Under the pieces are notes generated by a model that worked only from the letters and a program-made list of their open reading frames with translations, was not told the origin of the DNA and made no database searches. DNA of 64,000 nucleotides from the NCBI GenBank assembly GCA_963809895.1, contig CAWELD010000003.1:2688001-2752000 (forward strand), written 5' to 3'. Positions 59,726 through 64,000 of this stretch are shown piece after piece (the stretch's first letter is position 1; every line of letters begins with the position of its first letter). This DNA is from an uncultured Gemmatimonadales bacterium (GTDB taxonomy: Bacteria; Gemmatimonadota; Gemmatimonadetes; Longimicrobiales; Gaopeijiaceae). The translations under genes were made by a program, and so were the position numbers.

Positions 59726-60267
59726 CGGCTTCGCTCGAGCACGCCCTCCGGGCGCTGGAGACGCTGGAGATCACCCATGTGGTCGGCATCCCGGACAACA
59801 CGTCGGGCCCACTCTTCCATGCGCTCGCCAGCGCCACCGGGCCGGGGCCCCGTCTCGTCACCGTGAGCCGTGAGGGCGAGGGCATCGCCCTGGCCTCGGG
59901 CCTGTGGCTGGGAGGCGCCCGGCCTCTGGTGGTGCTGCAGAGCACGGGCCTCATGGAATCGGGCGACGCGCTGCGGGGCACCGCCGTGCGCATGGGCGCG
60001 CCCCTGCCGCTGCTGGTCACGGGCCGGGGGTACGCCAAGCTGGCACGGGCCGGGCTCGAGACCGACGAAGCGCTCACACCGGAGCTCCTCACCCGTCCGG
60101 ACGTGGATTCTGCGGCGCTGCTGGCGGAGCGCACGCTCGATGCCTGGGGGATTCCGTATCGGCGGGTCGCGGGCAGCGAAGCCGGTGAAGGGCTGCTCGA
60201 GGTCACCCGCCAGGCGCGGGCCGAGAGCCGGCCCGTGGCTCTCCTGGTCACCAGCGGCCTGGACTGA
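59722..60267 (+). CDS. ThDP decarboxylase alpha subunit (sulfopyruvate/phosphonopyruvate decarboxylase, ComD-like)
   Basis: GTGA overlap; VVGIPD, VSREGEGIALASGLWLGG.RP.V.LQSTG. Confidence 0.8.
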   Translation: MTASLEHALRALETLEITHVVGIPDNTSGPLFHALASATGPGPRLVTVSREGEGIALASGLWLGGARPLVVLQSTGLMESGDALRGTAVRMGAPLPLLVTGRGYAKLARAGLETDEALTPELLTRPDVDSAALLAERTLDAWGIPYRRVAGSEAGEGLLEVTRQARAESRPVALLVTSGLD

Positions 60268-60269
60268 TC

Positions 60270-60863
60270 GTGCTCACCACCGACCAGCTTCTCGGGCCTC
60301 TGGCCCGCCTGCGCACCGACGAGGTGGTGGTCACCACCATGAGCGTGACGCGGCCCTGGGGGCTGCTCTCGGACCACGACCTGGACTTCGCGTCGGCCGA
60401 TTCGGCCATGGGCCACGCGGCGGACCTGGCCCTCGGGGTCGCCCTGGCGCGGCCGGACCGCCGCGTGATCTGCCTCAACGGGGACGGCAGCATGCTCATG
60501 ACGCTGGGCACGCTGGCCACCGCGGCGGGCGAGGACGCCGACAACTTCGTCCTGTTCGTGGTGGACAACGGCAGCTTCGAGATCACCGGGCACCAGGCGG
60601 TGGCCGGACGGGGACGCGTGGACTACGCGGCCATGGCCCGGGCCGCGGGATTCGCGCGGGTCTATCGCTTCGACGACGCGGAGGCCTATCAGGCCACGCT
60701 GCCCGAGATCCTCCGCGGTGCCGGCCCCACCCTGGTGCACGTGGAGGTGGCGCCCGGTAGCCAGGGCCCCATCAGCCGCAGCGCCGCCGAGCCTTCCCGT
60801 TACCTTCAGTCGTCCCTGGCCCGGTGGTCTCGAACCTTCCGGTCCGCGCTGGACGTGCGTTGA
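60270..60863 (+). CDS. ThDP decarboxylase beta subunit (ComE-like)
   Basis: AMGHA..LALGVALA, GDGSMLM.LG.L.T...DNG...TG.Q ThDP-binding motif. Confidence 0.85.
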   Translation: MLTTDQLLGPLARLRTDEVVVTTMSVTRPWGLLSDHDLDFASADSAMGHAADLALGVALARPDRRVICLNGDGSMLMTLGTLATAAGEDADNFVLFVVDNGSFEITGHQAVAGRGRVDYAAMARAAGFARVYRFDDAEAYQATLPEILRGAGPTLVHVEVAPGSQGPISRSAAEPSRYLQSSLARWSRTFRSALDVR

Positions 60864-60904
60864 TACCGCTCGATCCGCTGACAAGCCTCCAAAGGAGCCC
60901 TTTC

Positions 60905-62044
60905 GTGCACTACGTGGTACTGGGAGGCGGGCGCGTGGGCGCCGCCATCGCGCGTGACCTGGCCGCCGAGCCCGACGCCCGCGTGACGGTGGCCGACGTG
61001 GATCCGGCGGTGGTGGACGCCCTGGGAGCGGTGCCGGGAATCGCGGGCGTGCAAGCCGACCTGTCGCGCCCGGACGTCGTGCGCGACACGGCCGCCTCGG
61101 GCGATGTGGTGGTGGGCGCGGTGCCGGGCTGGATGGGGCTGGCCACGGCACGTGCGGTGCTGGCGGCAGGCCGACCCCTCGTGGACATCTCCTTCTTTCC
61201 GGAAGACGCCCGGGAGCTGGACGCGCCGGCCCGCTCCGCCGGCGTGCCCGCGCTGGTGGACTGTGGCGTGGCGCCCGGGCTCTCGAACCTGGTCGTGGGC
61301 CACCTGGAAGCGACCCTGGACGAGGTGCACCGATTCCGCTGCATGGTGGGCGGCCTCCCGGTGGAGCGGCACTGGCCCTGGGAGTACAAGGCGCCGTTCT
61401 CGCCGGCCGACGTCATCGAAGAGTACACCCGCCCGGCCCGCTTGCGGCGCGAGGGCCGCGAGATCGTCCTCCCGGCACTCTCCGAGGTGGAGCGCGTGGA
61501 CGTGCCGGGAGTGGGCACGCTGGAGGCCTTCAACACCGACGGCCTGCGTACGCTGCTCCACACCTCGTCCATTCCGGAGCTGTCGGAGAAGACGCTCCGC
61601 TACCCCGGACACGCCGAACGAATGGCGGCGCTCAGGGATGCCGGCTTCTTCGACACCGAGCCCCTGAGGGTGGGGGGCGCGGAGGTCCGCCCCCGGGACG
61701 TCACGGAACGCCTCCTCTTCGAGGCCTGGCACCTCGACCAGGGCGAGGACGAGCTCACCGTCATGCTCATGGAGGCGGAGGGCGTCCGGGACGGCCGCCG
61801 GGAGCGGCACGTCTTCCAGCTCCTGGACCGCTACGATCCCGACACCGACACCAGCTCCATGGCCCGCACCACCGGCTACACCTGCACCGGAATGGCGCGT
61901 CTGGTCGCCAGCGGAGCGTGGAGCCGGCCCGGCATGGCCCCGCCGGAAATCGTCGGCCGTGACGCCGACTGCTTCAACGCCGTGCGGGCCCACCTCGCCG
62001 AACGGGGCATCGTCCTCGAGCACGCGGTGGAAGCGCTGGGCTGA
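60905..62044 (+). CDS. saccharopine dehydrogenase / lysine 6-dehydrogenase-family oxidoreductase
   Basis: AAAGGAG plus GTG; VLGGGRVG, DCGVAPGLSN, VGGLP, EEYTRPAR, LEAFNTDGLR, EKTLRYPGH, SMARTTGY. Confidence 0.92.
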   Translation: MHYVVLGGGRVGAAIARDLAAEPDARVTVADVDPAVVDALGAVPGIAGVQADLSRPDVVRDTAASGDVVVGAVPGWMGLATARAVLAAGRPLVDISFFPEDARELDAPARSAGVPALVDCGVAPGLSNLVVGHLEATLDEVHRFRCMVGGLPVERHWPWEYKAPFSPADVIEEYTRPARLRREGREIVLPALSEVERVDVPGVGTLEAFNTDGLRTLLHTSSIPELSEKTLRYPGHAERMAALRDAGFFDTEPLRVGGAEVRPRDVTERLLFEAWHLDQGEDELTVMLMEAEGVRDGRRERHVFQLLDRYDPDTDTSSMARTTGYTCTGMARLVASGAWSRPGMAPPEIVGRDADCFNAVRAHLAERGIVLEHAVEALG

Positions 62045-62212
62045 TCCACGTCTACGTAGTCGCTTCGCGCTTCTACGCATCCGTACGTACACGGCGGAGG
62101 GCCTCGATCCCTCAACCTTGATCCGTACGGGTGAACCGCGGGCCGTCACGGCCCTGTCCCGACCTCCGCGCGAAGGCCGGAGGCGCGGCACCCGCCGAAT
62201 CAGGAGAGAATC

Positions 62213-63010
62213 ATGTCGCGCACGAGCACGCTCACACTGCTCACCACCCTCGCCGTCGGCCTGGGCGTCGCCCTGCCCGTCGGGGCTCAGGTGCGGGCCC
62301 CGGTCCTGGGCGAGGGGGCCCGTGTCACGCTGGATCTCGCGAAACCCTACCTCGAAGGGAGCGACAAGCTCGGCTTCACCACCTCCGTGCTCACGGCCAA
62401 CGTGACCGTGCCTGTCCAGGGCCGGGTCTGGCTCTTCGGATCGCTCGGCCTGGCCCACGCGACGCTTCCGGACTACCCCTCCAGTCAGACCACCTCCAAT
62501 CCCCGGATCGGGTTGCTCATGGGAGACGCGGACGGCACGCGGGGCGAGCTCTCGGTGACGCTCCCCCTGTCCCACGAGTTCGGCGAGGACGACTACGCGA
62601 CGTTTGTGGCGCTGTTCGCCGACCTGGAGCACGTGGAGAACTACACGCCGGACCTCACCACGCTCAACGCACTCGTGCTTCCGGTTCGTACGCTGGACTC
62701 CGGTGCCCGCATCGGCGCGCGCATCGGCGCATCGCTGGGCCTCAGCGAAGGCAACACCGACGTCCTCGCCCGCTACGCCGGATTCGGCAGCACGCGAGCC
62801 GGCGACGCCGAGCTCGAAGTGGAGCTGTCCGGAATTGCCACGGTATCCAGCGGCGAGGGCAGCCTCAGCGATCGCACGCTGCATCACGTCACGCTCGCCG
62901 CCGGGCTGCCGGACACCAGGACCAGGCCGAAGCTCTACCTCCGGCTCCCCCTGGACCACGACGCCAGCGACGTGCTGTCGGCGGTGGTGGGGCTGCGCGT
63001 GAGCTTCTGA
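62213..63010 (+). CDS. hypothetical outer-membrane beta-barrel protein
   Basis: AGGAGAG RBS, signal peptide, alternating strands, C-terminal VVGLRVSF. Confidence 0.75.
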   Translation: MSRTSTLTLLTTLAVGLGVALPVGAQVRAPVLGEGARVTLDLAKPYLEGSDKLGFTTSVLTANVTVPVQGRVWLFGSLGLAHATLPDYPSSQTTSNPRIGLLMGDADGTRGELSVTLPLSHEFGEDDYATFVALFADLEHVENYTPDLTTLNALVLPVRTLDSGARIGARIGASLGLSEGNTDVLARYAGFGSTRAGDAELEVELSGIATVSSGEGSLSDRTLHHVTLAAGLPDTRTRPKLYLRLPLDHDASDVLSAVVGLRVSF

Positions 63011-63022
63011 CCCTTGCGTAAT

Positions 63023-63057
63023 TTGAACTCGTGTTCAAGTATTGAATCCAGATTCAA
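63023..63057. promoter_or_regulatory. two tandem palindromic operators TTGAAY-N4-RTTCAA (probable TetR sites)
   Basis: TTGAAC-TCGT-GTTCAA (63023-38) and TTGAAT-CCAG-ATTCAA (63042-57) overlap a TTGCGT-N17-AAGTAT promoter candidate. Confidence 0.8.
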
Positions 63058-63077
63058 ACACACGCGAGGGCTACACG

Positions 63078-63692
63078 GTGTCCTCATCGTCAGCGGTCAC
63101 CTCCGAGGTCTCATCCCACGTCCGCTCCAAGCGGGAGCGGCGGCGCGCGGAGATTCTCCACGCCGCACTGGAGGCGGTGCGCGAGAACGGCTACCACGCC
63201 ACGACACTGGACGACATCGCCGCGCGCCTCGAGATCCAGAAGACCGCCCTCTACCACTACTTTCCCGACAAGGACTCCATCCTCTTCGCCTGCCACCAGG
63301 AGTCGCTGGCGGAACTGGACCGACTCATCGAGACGTCGGCGGAGCACACCGCTCCGGAAGAACGCCTGGCATTCCTGATCCGTGAGCACGTCCGGATCAT
63401 GACGGATACCCTCGAGGGCTCGCCGCTGGCCTTCGAGGTCCCCTCCCTCCCTCCCGAGCGGCGCAAGCAGATCATCGCGGGCCGAGATCGTTACGAGCAC
63501 CTCCTTCGAACGCTCATCGCGGAAGGCACGCGATCGGGTGTCTTTCGTGAGGTCGACCCCAAGGTCGTGGTGTTCGCCATGCTCGGCTCCATCAACTGGA
63601 TCGCGCGGTGGTACCGGCCCGGCGGGCGCATGCGCGCTGCCGAGCTGGGGAGCCAGTTCGCGGATTACCTTCTGCGGGGGCTGACACGCTGA
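63078..63692 (+). CDS. TetR/AcrR-family regulator (KstR2/PaaR-like C-terminus)
   Basis: GYHATTLDDIA..L.I.KTALYHYF.DK; RDRYE...G..SGVFR...NWIARWYRP.G. Confidence 0.93.
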   Translation: MSSSSAVTSEVSSHVRSKRERRRAEILHAALEAVRENGYHATTLDDIAARLEIQKTALYHYFPDKDSILFACHQESLAELDRLIETSAEHTAPEERLAFLIREHVRIMTDTLEGSPLAFEVPSLPPERRKQIIAGRDRYEHLLRTLIAEGTRSGVFREVDPKVVVFAMLGSINWIARWYRPGGRMRAAELGSQFADYLLRGLTR

Positions 63693-63764
63693 ATCGCACC
63701 GGCTGACACGCCGGCCCCGCACCGCGCAGGCACCACCCGCGCCGCCATCTCGGAGGGAGATGGG

Positions 63765-64000
63765 ATGCGCGCATTGCAGTTGGTTGGACCGGAGGCCCCG
63801 CTGGAGCTTCGGGATGTCCCGGAGCCCGTGGCCGAGGACGGAGACGTGGTCGTGCAGGTGGCCGGGTGTGGTGTCTGTCACACCGACATCGGCTTCTGGC
63901 AGGACGGGGTGCCCACGCGCCACGCCCTCCCCCTCACCCTGGGCCACGAGATCAGCGGCACCGTCGTGGAGGCGGACCACGGACACGAGGGACTGCTCGG
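63765..64000 (+). CDS. had: Zn-dependent alcohol dehydrogenase, probably 6-hydroxycyclohex-1-ene-1-carbonyl-CoA dehydrogenase (5' part only)
   Basis: Manual translation: MRALQLVGPEAPLEL...QVAGCGVCHTDIGFWQDGVPTRHALPLTLGHEISG. Confidence 0.7.
   Translation, partial: MRALQLVGPEAPLELRDVPEPVAEDGDVVVQVAGCGVCHTDIGFWQDGVPTRHALPLTLGHEISGTVVEADHGHEGLL

Noticed and set aside
59722..60863. Phosphonate or coenzyme M biosynthesis cluster
   Set aside because: No PEP mutase or comABC in the window; the substrate cannot be assigned from sequence.
63023..63057. FNR boxes
   Set aside because: Half-sites are TTGAAY rather than TTGAT with FNR spacing; position directly before tetR favours TetR autoregulation.
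1..64000. rRNA, tRNA, transposase, integrase, prophage or known defence genes
   Set aside because: None recognised by eye; an Infernal/tRNAscan/DefenseFinder run would be needed to exclude them formally.

Overview
Very GC-rich bacterial DNA. The gene content (PadR plus orphan duplicated ABC permeases, a MoxR/VWA/DUF58/DUF4159 cluster, many secreted peptidases) suggests Gemmatimonadota or a similar lineage, but this is inference. About 50 real CDSs are present; most of the supplied ORF track is GC-rich shadow ORFs. At least six genes are broken by single-base frameshifts that look like long-read assembly errors. Layout: a truncated 2-oxoacid:ferredoxin oxidoreductase alpha subunit; a ~16 kb MoxR/VWA/DUF58/BatA/TPR-peptidase operon behind an ECF-type promoter; an M28 peptidase; a repeat-containing intergenic gap; a TonB receptor/cytochrome c/ScyD-E operon; PadR with two orphan permeases flanking a trypsin-like protease and a free-standing copy of its own N-terminal domain; a large Ig/beta-propeller lipoprotein; an S10-M1-Tat-LanC operon; M20 and S9 peptidases; a TipA-like MerR gene with a textbook promoter; an LpxR-family barrel; a Tat PLP enzyme; a trans-sulfuration lyase with NhaC; an extended rimB-rimK operon with a ComDE-like decarboxylase; and a TetR-controlled had-like gene running off the right edge. 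No rRNA, tRNA, CRISPR array or transposase was recognised. Best candidates for an undescribed system: the exported CCG-type LanC with coupled peptidases, the protease plus stand-alone prodomain pair, the MoxR envelope cluster, and the RimK carrying an S6-like EE tail.
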